The notes under the pieces are model-generated. The model was not told the origin of the DNA. It saw only the letters and a list, made by a program, of their open reading frames with translations, and made no database searches. The position numbers were made by a program, and so were the translations under genes. 64,000 bases of DNA from Octopus vulgaris (Eukaryota): the NCBI GenBank assembly GCA_951406725.2, contig OX597818.1:79360001-79424000 (forward strand). The letters are read 5' to 3'. Below, piece after piece: positions 41,373 through 54,432 of the stretch (position 1 is the first letter of the stretch; each line of letters begins with the position of its first letter).

Positions 41373-41961
41373 GAGTGAGAGAGCAGTGCATGCCATCAAA
41401 GTGACACTGGGGTAAAATATACGAAGCCCAATATACCCATCATGACTACCCGTCTGATAAAGGTACACCAGGCACATGCATCACAACCATATGTGCGCGA
41501 CATGGTGATCTCATATCAAGATAAACAGCACATGACCTTGCAGGTGGGGCCCAGTTAGAATTTTCTTCAGGTTGAGTAGCCCATCCCGCTCAAAAGGTCT
41601 CTGAATAAGGGTTGTTTAAGGATGTTGAAAGAACCACCCATGTTTCCAGAGGTGAATTATTCAAACTCCAAAAGATTTCTCTCAACACATGCTCCCCCCA
41701 CTACTTCTGCTCGTGATCAGAGATGCACATATAATCTGCCACTAAAGGACATACTCAACTGGTTGAAGTCAAACAACTGACAAGCAAATCTGTGGTATTG
41801 AGCAGAATATTTGCTGTAGCCCATCTTTTATACCAAGACAAAACAATGTACATGATAACACTTCCAATCAGTTAAGATCAGAAGCCATGAGAGCCACTGC
41901 CTGGTACTGCATCAGGGCATTATACTGCATCAGGGCATGGTACTGCATCAGGGCATGGTAC
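41373..41961 (-). mobile_element. ~540-bp (TAA)n-embedded element, copy 3, with a triplicated terminus
   Basis: Matches copies 1 and 2; TACTGCATCAGGGCAT occurs three times at ~41905-41957. Confidence 0.88.
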
Positions 41962-41966
41962 TATTG

Positions 41967-42018
<52 letters not shown>

Positions 42019-42019
42019 G

Positions 42020-43020
42020 TTGAATCAAATTTTTTTCATATTTCAAGCTTTAATTAACTGTCCAAACAAATTACATACGTAAAATGTTTTATCATCAGAA
42101 TATATCCCACCATATTCCATTGGCTGTTACCATCGTTGTGTCAGAAGCTCAATTCCACGCTTATACAATTTGGCTGATTCAGAGGCAAAACCTCCCTGGA
42201 CCCGTTTTCAGCTTCATCCACTTTGTTGAACTTCCGTCCATACAGGAAATGAGCCATGACTCGGAAGCTCTGATGATGCAAAGTCTAGACGGTAAGTTGG
42301 GTGAGGCAGCATTTCCTCCCCATCAAGTTCCTCATGCCTGCCCTTGACCACTTTGGTAGTGTATACTGGGGCATTGTTATGTTGTAGGAGTTCACATCAT
42401 CGGTTATCAGATACCGAGTAGTGGGCTTTTAAAGCATCATGTACTCGCTGCACTTGTTGAGCATAAAGGTTAGAGTTCACAGCATGACCATCAGAGTCAA
42501 ACTCAAATTCCACCAAATACAAAACATAACTGTCTGTTCAAACCGACCTCGTTTGACAATAGGTTTTGAAGCCTAGTTGGAACGAAGCCACTGATTTCTC
42601 TTATGAGGATTGCAAAATTCAATTTTCATCTCCAGTTACATTTCGATGCCAAAATCCAACATCTTGTGGCATTTTCAGCAGCCGTTGCAACTGTTCATAC
42701 GCCGTTGCGTTTGATCATTGGTTATTTCATGAGGAACTTCTCGAGAGCATCTGTTCACACGACCGAGCTTATGGACGTGTCAGTTGATAGTGCTTCGTGA
42801 AAGACCAATTCTGCTGACAGTGTAAGCGTGCTTGTGTTTCGCTGTTGTTCATCCGTTTCAAGCAAAGCCTCATCTTTCACAACAAAAGGTCTCCTAGACC
42901 TTCATTTGTGCTTAGTCCTTTTTACCACAGGTAGCATAAAATGGGTTTAATTGCATTTTTTTTACCACTCGTTTTCAAAAGTTTGAAACAATAAATAACA
43001 ATACCCCAGCCTCCCACAGA
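42020..43020 (-). pseudogene. Decayed mariner-type transposon
   Basis: Minus-strand remnants resembling the mariner C-terminus (LYKRGIELL.QRW) and catalytic region; many disablements. Confidence 0.55.
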
Positions 43021-43324
43021 AGACTAACTAACAAAAATTTATTCCCATCAGTTCACTTCGAGGATAACCACTGGACGACCTTTGATGAAGCTGCACCGAC
43101 AATATTGCATGGTTGCATTTACTATAGTGAATAGTCGCTGTAGCGGAAACACGTGTAGGTCATTATAATAAGCTGTATATAACTGTAAAATGAATGTGTG
43201 GATGTACAAGTCTCCACATTCTTTATTATTATTATTGTTGTTGTTGTTGTTGTTGTTGTCGTTGCTGCTTTTGTTGCTGTTGTTATTGTGGTTGTTATTA
43301 ATATTATTCTCCTGTGACTCAAAA

Positions 43325-45385
43325 AGATGTATATTCAACAAATATTGAGAAAAGACGCGGGAGACTCGGGAAAATCCCACGATCCGTACAGAATCCGAGC
43401 AGTAAACCTCAACACCCGGTCACAGGAGTGAAACAGAAATCGTCTAAAAACTTCTAATGCAACGTATATTCAACAAATATTGAGAAAAAAAAGCGCGCTG
43501 ATAAACTGGGGTGTGGGGAGTGGGCTCCGAAAATTCCCACGATCAACCGTACAGAATCCGAGAAGTAAACTTCAACACCCGGTCACAGGAGTGAAACAGA
43601 AATCGTCTAATACATCTAATGCAATGTATATTCAACAAATATTGAGAAAGAAATGCGCGCTGACAAAAGAGGGTGTGGGGAGGAGGCTTGGAAAATTCCC
43701 ACGATCAACCGCACAGAATCCGGTCACAGGAGTGAAACAGAAATCGTCAAATGCTTCTAAAGCAATGTATATTCAACAACTACTGAGAAAAACTGCTCGC
43801 TGACAGACGGGGGTGTGGGGACGGGGCTTGGAAAATTCCCACGATCAACCTTACAGAATCCGAGCAGTAAACCTCACCACCCGGTCCCAGGATTGAAACA
43901 GAAATCGTCTAATACTTCTAATGCAATGTATATTCAACAAATATTGAGAAAAAAATGCGGGCTAGCAAACGCGGGTGTGGGGAAATGGTTCGGAATATAC
44001 ACACGGACACCCATACGGAATCCGAGGAGTAAACCTCAACACCCGATCAGAGGAGTGAAACAGAAATCGTTCAATACTTCTAAAGCAATGTACATTTAAC
44101 AAATATTGAGCAGAAAACGCGCGCTGACAAACGGGGGTGTGGGGTTTGGGGCTCCGAAAATTCCGACGATCAACCTTACAGCACCTGAGCAGTAAACCTC
44201 AACACCCACTCACAGGAGTGAAACAGAAATCGTCCAATACTTCTAATGCAATATATATTCAACAAATATTGAGAAAGAAACGTGCGCTGAGAAACGAGGT
44301 GTGGCGGAGGGGCTCGAAAAATTCCCACAATCAACCGTACGATATCCGAGCAGTAAACCTCAACACCCGGGCACAGAAGTGAAACAGATATCGTCCGATA
44401 CTTCAAATGCAATATATATTCAACAAATATTGAGAAAAAGATGCGGGCTAGCAAACGTGGGTGTGGGGAGATGGCTCGGAATATACACACGAACAACCGT
44501 ACTGAATCTGAGGAGTAAATCTCAACACCCGATCACAGGAGTGAAACAGAAATCGTCCAATACTTCTAATGCAATATACATTTAACAAATATTGAGCAGA
44601 AAATGCGCGCTGACAAACGAGGGTGTGGGGTGGGATCTCCGAAAATTCCGACGATGAACCTTACGGAATCCGAGCAGTAAACCTCAACACCTGGTCGCAG
44701 GAGTGAAACAGAAATCCTCTAATGCTTCAAAAGCAATGTATATTCAACAACTATTGAGAAAAACTTCGCGCTGTCAGACGTGGATGTGGGAAGGGGCTCG
44801 GAAAATTCCCACGATGAACCGTACAGAATCCGAGCAGTAAACCTCAACACCCGGTCACAGAAGTGAAACAGAAATCGTCTAATTCTTCTAATGCAATGCA
44901 TATTCAACAAATTTTGAGAAAAAAAAGGCGCGGGGAAGGGGTTTGGAAATTTCCCACGATCAACCGTACAGAATCCGAGCAGTAAACCTCAACACCCGGT
45001 AACAGGAGTGAAACAGAAATCGTCTAATACTTCTAATGCAATGTATATTCAACAAATATGTAGAAACAAATGCTCGCTGTGAAACGGGGGTGTGGGGAGG
45101 GGGCTCGGAAAATACCAACGATCAACCTTACAGAATCCGAGCAGTAAACCTCAACACCTGGTCACAGGAGTGAAACAGAAATCGTCTACTACTTTTAATG
45201 CAATGTATATAAAACAAATATTCAGAAAAATTGCGCGCTGACAAATGGGGATGTGGGGAGGGGTCTCGGATAACACACACGAACAACCGTACAGAATCGG
45301 AGCAGTGAGCCTCAACACCCGGTCACAGGAGTGAAACAGAAATCGTCTTATACTTCTAATGCAATGTATATTCAACAAATATTTT
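43325..45385 (+). repeat. Tandem satellite with a ~161-bp unit, about 13 copies
   Basis: CAACACCCGGTCACAGGAGTGAAACAGAAATCGTC recurs at ~43410, 43574, 43720, 43878, 44038, 44200, 44361, 44523, 44685, 44845, 44990, 45152 and 45313. Confidence 0.97.
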
Positions 45386-45612
45386 TGGGTGGACAAACAC
45401 ATACACACACACACACATTCACATATATATATATATACATATATACATATATACGACGGGCTTCTTAATGTTTCCGTCTACCAAACCCGCTCACAAGGCT
45501 TTTGGTGGCGCGATGCTATAGTAGAAGACACTTGACCAAGTTACCACGCAGTTGGACTGAACCCGGACCCATGTGGTTGGTAAGGATGCTCCTTACCACA
45601 CAGCCACTCCAC
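45386..45612 (-). mobile_element. SINE family B, 5' half, fused to the satellite end
   Basis: Matches the head of 12835-13266. Confidence 0.88.
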
Positions 45613-45678
45613 TCCTTTAATTTCTATACATTTCTCGAACACGTCCCCTCAAAACTCGCCAGCGCTGTTACCCCGAAC

Positions 45679-46093
45679 ACACTTCTCGTCAAAACTCATA
45701 TTTTTTTGTAACTTTCAAATAAAATAGAAAAAAAATTTAATTTCATATTGCTGTGGGAAAAATACTCCGAAAGAAATCTTTCCAGAAATGTGAATAGATT
45801 GATTACACAATTCATTTCATTATGTTACCGCAGTTTTGTGGGATTTGGCTGTTATTTCTAGCATGAAAATAGCTGGCTTGAGGCGTGGATATATATATAT
45901 ATATATATTTGGGAAATTGATGAGACAGTTTTGGTTCGGAGAAAATACAACCGATGGTAAGTACAGATCATTTTCATAATATTATTGAACGTAACAGAAT
46001 ACTTATTAATCGCGACTTCAAAATTTCAAATTCCCCCCATCTCCATTGCTTCAGTTTTCACTTTTTGTTTGTAAAATTTCAATTTCTCAAATA

Positions 46094-46161
<68 letters not shown>

Positions 46162-46378
46162 CCTCAAGCCGGCTATTTTCATGCTAGAAATAACAGCCAA
46201 ATCTCACAAAACTGCGGTAACACAATGAAATGAATTGTATAATCAATCTACTCACATTTCTGCAAAGATTTCTTTCGGAGTATTTTTCCCACAGCAATAT
46301 GAAATTAAGGGTTTTTTTTAATTATTTTATTTAAAAGTTACAAAAAAATATGAGTTTTGTCGAGAAGTGTGTTTGAGG
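45679..46378. repeat. Inverted repeat with ~220-bp arms (45679-45895 and 46152-46378)
   Basis: ATTTCATATTGCTGTGGGAAAAATACTCCGAAAGAAATCTTT...TTGGCTGTTATTTCTAGCATGAAAATAGC and its reverse complement. Confidence 0.93.
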
Positions 46379-46384
46379 CAACTT

Positions 46385-47503
46385 GAATGTTAGAATGTTA
46401 GAATGCTTCCTGTGGCTAATTGGGTGGGGTAGAAAGCAATTTTGACCGTATGGACCCAATCAGCCAAAGATCTGGCCTTCCCAGATTTTCTAAAGATGGC
46501 CGGTTCTAGGTATCCGGTGACACTTGAGGGACGCCCCCCCCCCCCCAAGTGTCACCTGTGCCTGGAATCGGGTCACATTAAGAAGCAGCGCCCAAACAAC
46601 CATGCAAGGGCACTGGAAAAATTAATAGAGGAGGATGTTGTTCCTCCAACGGAGCCTCCTGAGCATACAAAGGAGGGAGGTGTAGAAAAAGTCGAGGAGA
46701 AGGTAACCCCCTCGAAAGGAAAAAAACAAAGGTGGACAACAATGGTTGCCCACCGATGGATCCCGTGGCGGCGGGAGGGAAGTAGGGGCATACGGACAAA
46801 CCTGAGGAACCTCACTCTCCCGACGCGAAAAAGGGGAAAAAAGAAAAGAAAGAAAAACGGGGCATCGGCGGCATGTTCCGAAACACCATCGGTGGAATGT
46901 GAGCCACCGGAACGAGAGGCTCAGTCAGTGGGAATTGTGCCACTGACAGAGCGGGCTGAAGCCCCTCCCCGTGAAAAGAACGTGAAACCCGTCGTTTTCT
47001 ATCTCAAGGAAGGGCCTGTCGAGAAGTGCTTGGACGGTCTTCCAGGCCGAGAACGATTGGACTCGGTTAGTATAGACTGCTCAGACTGGCCTCCGCAGGT
47101 GACTGCGGACGTCGTGCGTCAGAAAGAACTGTTCGAGGTCATGGTGACCTGTAATAAGGAAGATTTTGGTTTCCTCTTTCCGGGCCCCTACCTGCCGATG
47201 CAGGTTTTCCCGCAGGCGGCGTGGGATTTGCATGGGTGCTGCGATGAGGAGGATTGATCTTATAGATTGTCTGTGTATTGAATAATTTATTATATATATT
47301 TGTAATGGACTATTAAGTCCAATAATTGCTGTTTTTGATGGAAAAAAAAGAACAATGTTTTAGAGAAGCAGAAACTCGGCGGGCGTTTTCTGCTTTCTCT
47401 CATCAATATCATTCTTGTTTCATCATTCACCTCATCAATGTATATGTCCTGCTCGCAAGCTACTCTTTGTAATGCCTTTATGGCAAATCTTAATGCAATA
47501 AAG
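46385..47503 (+). mobile_element. 5'-truncated ORF1-only L1/Tx1-like element
   Basis: GC-rich ORF 46442-47257 with VTLEGRPPPPKCHLCLESGHIKKQR zinc knuckle, followed directly by an AT-rich UTR, an A-run and AATAAA; no RT. Confidence 0.7.
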
Positions 47504-47658
47504 TAGCTTCCTTACCAACCACATGGTTCCGGGTTCAGTCCCACTGCGTGGTACCTTGGTCAAGTGTCTCCTACTATAGCCTCGGGCCAACAAAAGCCTT
47601 GTGAGTGGGTTTGGTAGACGGAAGCTTTAAGAAGCCCATCGTATATATGTATATTTGC

Positions 47659-47722
<64 letters not shown>

Positions 47723-47892
47723 GTGTTTGTCCACCCAACAATATTTGTTGAATATACATTGCATTAGAAGTATTAGACGATTTCTGTTTCACTCCTGTGA
47801 CCGGGTGTTGAGGTTTACTGCTCGGATTCTGTACGGTTGATCGTGGGGATTTTCCGAGCCCCCCCCCCCCCTTGTCGGCGCGCATTTTTTTT
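47503..47892. repeat. Inverted copy of the SINE B half plus one satellite unit
   Basis: Reverse complement of ~45230-45595, including the satellite/SINE junction. Confidence 0.9.
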
Positions 47893-48039
47893 TGTCATAT
47901 TCCTTTAATATACGATGCATTACACCTGTTACACATTTTCGTTTCCATTTTCCTCACCGGGTGCGGATCTGGATATTAACCCAAAAATACATATGTATAT
48001 GTATTTATGTACGTGTATATGAAAGATGATATGTGTGTG

Positions 48040-48084
<45 letters not shown>

Positions 48085-49399
48085 CGAGTGAGTGCCACTG
48101 GCACTTACATGCAAAAAAGTACATGCATGACGACACACCTTCTCTCTCTCTCACACACTCACACACTCACACACACGCACGTCCATTTCATAGACATGTA
48201 CATACACCTTTCACTTTCTCCTCTCTTTCAATGTCTGCTCTCTTCAGAGCATAAAGAAATAATTTTTTTACAGAAATTAACGAACAGTCATATGGTCGAC
48301 CAAAGATCGAGTTGACAACTTTACTGCTTCAAACGAAAGAATGCCATAAAATAACTTCTTTTCGCTCACACATATTCACGCACACACACACTCTCTCCCC
48401 CCTCTCTCTTTAGGTGAAACTTCTGTACAAATTATGTTATTTCTTGATGTGTGCACGCGAAAATTACGGCTCAAATCCAAATGAAATCACTATTTTCTAT
48501 TCTGTGGTTCATGTTTGTAAGGACCGTGTTTAAAATCCTGGTCTTCAACATAAACTTAAAAAGTCTCCCAGAAATCTTGTCCTTTAACTTTTGTTTCCAG
48601 CATGTCCAAGATAACATTTGTGCCCCTCCCCCTGATTTTGTTCCTAAATTTCTCCCGATTCCTACGTTTTCAATACAGGGAATTAGGATTTCGCCCAAAA
48701 GGAGAGACTGATTATTAAATTTAGCTCGAAGTTCATGTATGTCCATATACGCGACGCGCTTCCATACTTTTTCCGTCAAGTAATTCACTCCTGAAGCATT
48801 AGTCGTTCTGAAAAACAAACCCGACGAATGTGCCATGCAGTGGGATCTAACCCGAAAGCTCATGACTGCAAATCTATTTGTTAACCATGCAACCACAACC
48901 GCCCCTTGGGGAGTTAAAATATTCAAGATACAGCAGAGGATACTCTCAGGGAATATTTTTTCGTACACATCTGTATTGTTTAACTGAATGAGCATATAGA
49001 TTCTCGCCAATAGTTATCCATGTAGAAGTTAGAGAAAAGTTATACAATTAAGCTATATTTACGGAATATACGTAATTGAGAAACATAAAAAAAAACTTAC
49101 TAAAAGATATATACGTAAGACATTTAGTATGCATCATGTTATTAAAATACAATCTTACATGTATCTGAGACAGGAACGACGTGACGCTATATTACTTGAT
49201 CGTAATTTACGTGATGAAGTAGATAAGCAGAACAATCCGATAAAATTCATTGGAGAATTATATTGTGCTTTAAGGAAGCGATACAAGCAGAAAATGCTCG
49301 CGCACACTTGTACATACAGATACACACACACACGTACGCACACACACATAGATAGAAATAGTCATAGATACATATACATATATATGAAGATAAACATAT

Positions 49400-49430
<31 letters not shown>

Positions 49431-49492
49431 CTCACATATGTGCATATGTATATGTGTATGTATATCTATATCCATGTATATATATATATATT

Positions 49493-49587
<95 letters not shown>

Positions 49588-50133
49588 CTTCAGGGAGAGA
49601 GGAAAAAAGAGAGAGAAAACAGAATGACACACGCGGAGAGAGTAAGGGGGAATCAGACTAGAAACTAAAGTCTAGCAATGAATAAAGTTACATACAAGAG
49701 TTAAATACAAGAGAGATGAGGCAGGATATCAAGGTAGATTATTATCGAAAAACCTAGACAAGAAGGAATCAATTGCGTAATGGTACCAAGATGCATCTCA
49801 ACAAACACAAATTCACTGAATGCAACAACAGAGAATGAAAGAAATTATTATGAAAACCTAGAGGGTGAATGTTTGTGTTAATATTAAAAAACGGAAGAAT
49901 GAAAATTGAGAATTAAACTATTTTACTGCAAAAAATTTATATTATGATTGTGTAAAGTAGAAAGAAAAAGTAGCAAGGAATAGTTAAAGAATATAATTGA
50001 TTTTTTACCCATATAAGTTATGTAATATCCATACTGGAACGGAAATATAGAGGTAGATAAAAGTAGACATATGCATAAATATATGTTCATACTTATGTGT
50101 GAGAGCGGGAATATATGTATGTATATATATATG

Positions 50134-50208
<75 letters not shown>

Positions 50209-50449
50209 GTGTATATATATAAATATATATATATATATATGCATACACACGTGCGCACACACACAGACAAGCATATACATACACAATTATATGTTGATAT
50301 AGAAAGAGAGGGATGAGAGAGAAAAAGATGTATATGCATATATACTTATGATATATGATATATTTATATATAGAGCTATCTATCTATCTGCCTATCTATC
50401 TAATCATATACATACATATGATGTGTTTTATTCGCCATTGAGGCACTAT

Positions 50450-50866
50450 GAAACTAATATAGCATCTACATATCATACTCAATAGACCAGGCATAACAAT
50501 TATAGATGAGGAAAAGCGAAGTTGCTTGCTAATCGATACATCATGCCCGTTTGATTACAGGAACGTAAAAGAAGAGGGCGAAAAACAAAAAATAAAAATA
50601 CAATCCCTCAAAATTTGAAATAGGTGGAATTTGGAGCCCGTTGGGAACAGTAAGCAAAGATATAGACACATTGCTGAAGAAGATAAAAATAGAATGCCCA
50701 GTAGATCTCCTATGGAAAGTTTGTCTTTTAGGGGAGGTAACGATTATCAGGAATGTTCTAAGCACATGAAAAACAGCTGAACACTTGTGGATACCTAAGG
50801 TTACAGCTAGTAACCCACTACCAAATGAATCTTTCAAGGAATAAGACCGAACCTGAGCTAAACCAA

Positions 50867-50868
<2 letters not shown>
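50450..50868 (+). mobile_element. R4/Dong-type LINE, decayed 3' end with (TAA)n tail
   Basis: RP.ITIIDEEKRSCLLIDTSCPFD, LKFEI, LGTVSK, KVCLLG..IIRNVLS; followed by (AAT)n. Confidence 0.75.
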
Positions 50869-50941
<73 letters not shown>

Positions 50942-51103
50942 TCCTTTATCCCTGAGTATTCGAAAATGTAAACATCTTTTTCATTGCAAAAGTCCTAGGG
51001 CATTCTCCAAATACCCAAATACAACAACACAATAGAATTCAGAAATTCAACGACGTGATTATCAGTATATATGTATATATATACGTATATATATATATAT
51101 ATG

Positions 51104-51267
<164 letters not shown>

Positions 51268-51375
51268 TGAATATGGTACTTAAGTTGAGGCACCAGAATT
51301 TAGTACGTTACTATCCATACAATTTCAATGTAAGGTGATTGAAATCAAAATAAGCAACAAGGATATCCAAAGGTA

Positions 51376-51464
51376 ATGCAGTACGATCGTTTCATGCAAC
51401 TCCATTTAATTGAACAATGCAATCATTACATCAATTTAAAGTGCAGAGCAATCCTCGGCTGCAC
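51376..51464 (-). ncRNA. Hammerhead motif (U4C variant) in element 51264-51490, same family as 39005 and 61385
   Basis: Minus strand GTGCAG-CCGAGGA-TTGC...GCAT-GAAAC-GATC-GTA-CTGCAT. Confidence 0.6.
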
Positions 51465-51539
51465 AAAGACACATTAGTATAATTATACCTAAAATCTCCA
51501 AGACGTTAAGGAGATAGACAAAAAACATGCTGCCTTCAC

Positions 51540-53170
51540 TCCGGCATAGAAGCTACGAGTAGTTTAGTCGCTCTGTTAAGACCCTCCGTTTCCGGTTTTA
51601 AATCACTTTTAGTCATCCACAGCCATCTTTTATCTGTCTATCTTATCTTCAAAATCCCTACGAAATTTTCCATGCATTCTTTTCTTTACCAACCTATTTT
51701 AAGTTTCATTCGTTTTCAAGTGATTGTATAGTGCTTAATTTTTGCACTCTTTCATCCTACACAAGCCTGACCTTCTTACTTCTAATAATGACGGTTCTGA
51801 GGCGTTTTTTACATACCATGCTATGTTTTCTTCGACTCTAATGCTGTTTTCGCATCCTATCAGTCCTCTTCCCCCTTTTTTTACTTGGTACATACAGTCT
51901 GTCTGCGACACTTTTTTGGTGGAGCATCCCATATCTAGTTAGCAACTTCCTTGTCTTTCTGTCTAAACTGTTTAACTCGTCTACTGTCCATGAGATTATC
52001 CCTGCTCTATATATAAGTAGTGAAACCACCCAGGTGTTAATAGCTTCGATCTTATTCCGTCCGTGTAATTTCGACTTAAACATCATGTTCACTCTGCGCA
52101 AGTACTCCACTTAAATTTTTGTCATATCTTTCTCTATCAATTTGTCCATTTCCAATATCCCCAAGTAATTATAGCCCGCCTCTTCTATCTGCTAGCCCGT
52201 CCATACATTTGATTTTGCCTCTCTTCAAGACTAACAGACTACACTTTTTCAGTCCGAACTCCATTCTGATATCAGCACTGAAAGTATACACCGTATCAAC
52301 GAGGGAACTGTCTTGGGCTTCAACTTTACCATAAAATTTGAGGTCATCCATGAATAATAAGTGGTTGCCGTTTTGTTGGCGACTCTCTAAGACATACCCA
52401 GCCTTTTCTTTCCTCAGAATCAGTGTTAGTGGTATCATGCACAGTACAAAGATCAGTGGCGACAGGCAGTCCCCTTGGAAGATGCCTCTCCTGATTTCTA
52501 TTGTCCATAAACTTCTTCCGTATGCTGTCCGTTCCATCCTCCACTTCACCATACTTTTTCCAAGCAATCGCTCAACATTCGATGCAACACTAAATAGGTT
52601 CATACATTCCATAAGCCAAGAATGTGGGATCATATCGTACGCATTACGATGATCGATCCATGACATGGCTGAGTTAGTTTTCCTCTTCTTGCAGTCTCTA
52701 AGTACAGTTTTATCTATCAGAAGTTGACGCTCGGTGCCTCTGCACTTACGCTTTGCAACCCTTCTGCTCATGTTGCAGGACTCCATTTTTCTACAGATGT
52801 CCGTACATTGATTCTGTGGCTATTCCAGTCAATAATTTCCACATAATTGACAGGCAGGATATCGGCCTGTAATTGTCTAACCGTATTGCCTTTATCGATG
52901 CTTTTCAAGCACAGTACTTTCCTACCCATTGTTAACCACCCTGGTGTTACTTGGTCAGCATTGAACAAGGAAGATTTGGTGAATGTCATGCAGGAGTAGC
53001 TGCACGATAATTACCAAATCTTTTGATCCAGTAACCTTGAACTCCATCGGGTCCCGGAGCCTTCCAGTTGCTCATTTTTTGCTGATTTCCTTCACTTCTC
53101 TAACTGAAATGAATAGTTCTCCCTGTTGTTGACAGACAAGTGTTTGTTTCAGATCTTGCAACCATTCAGC
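51540..53170 (-). pseudogene. R4/Dong-type LINE reverse transcriptase region, decayed
   Basis: WKAPGPDGVQGYWIK, QLLIDK, WIDHRNAYDMIPHSW, GIFQGDCLSPLIF, HLLFMDDLK, MEFGLKKC, GGRGLI. Confidence 0.92.
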
Positions 53171-53413
53171 ATGTGAGAGTACCAGTTGAGCATTGGGGAC
53201 GATATGATCGATATAATCTCTCCCTCGAATATATCCGGCCTTTTATCAAACTTTGAAGCCATTATTACTACTGGGGTCGATGTAATCGACTGATCACATC
53301 CTCTCCCGAAATTGCTGGCCTTGTGCCCAAATTTAAACTTATTATTATTATTATTAATACTATTATCATTATTATTATTGTTGTTGCTGTTATCATCATC
53401 ATCATCATCATCA

Positions 53414-53462
<49 letters not shown>

Positions 53463-54170
53463 ATCATCATCATATCACCATCCTCATCCTCTTCATCATC
53501 AAAATAATCGTCATCATCATCATCATCATCATCTTCATCATCATCTTCATCATCTTCATCATCATCTTTATCACCATCATTATAATATACATAGCTACCA
53601 AGAATTCAGTCACTGCATTTTATTTTCCTACTTCCATAATTTCTTTCCAGAATTTGTTTTCTTTCAAATCAGAAATATTATTTCTATATTATTCTTTAAT
53701 AAATCTACTTGTTCCATTTAACAATCATTTCTTGTGGTTTTCATTCCTCTTTTAAAAACACTTCGATTGATATGTAAACTTTCACTCTGATGGAGAAGCC
53801 ATGTTTTGCATTGCGAAAATTATGATTCTGTAATTCTTTTTATAGGTATGTACACACACACACACACACACACAGACACAAACACACCCACACCGACAAA
53901 CACACACTCACATACATATATATATACATACATATATTATATACAAATATATATATATACATATCATATGTATATGTATATATATATATATATGTACACG
54001 CATACATACATGATATATACACATACATATATATATTAATATATAAGTATATATATATATATATATATTGATATATGTATATATATATTAATATTCAAAT
54101 ATTTTATATGTATATGTGTATGTGTGCTTGTGCAAGTGTTTGTGTGTGTATGTATGTATGTATGTATGTA

Positions 54171-54232
<62 letters not shown>

Positions 54233-54364
54233 TTCGTTCAAAGCAGTGTAAAATTTTGTGTTAAATCAACCATTCTTTGCCTAAATTGAATTCCTGTAAG
54301 AGTTTCAATCATAAATGAAAAATAACATTTCATATTTTTATTTTTATTTATTCACACCCACACA

Positions 54365-54432
<68 letters not shown>

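Noticed and set aside
43480-44585. ORFs with repeated QNPSSKPQHPVTGVKQKSSNTSNAMYIQQ peptides
   Set aside because: Translations of the satellite; unit lengths do not preserve frame
43325-45385. CRISPR-like alternation of constant and variable blocks
   Set aside because: The variable parts are homologous to each other, the constant block is over 100 bp, there are no cas genes and the context is eukaryotic; it is a satellite
48471-49010. 179-aa minus-strand ORF
   Set aside because: Runs through a decayed SINE (~48780-48900) and has no recognisable domain
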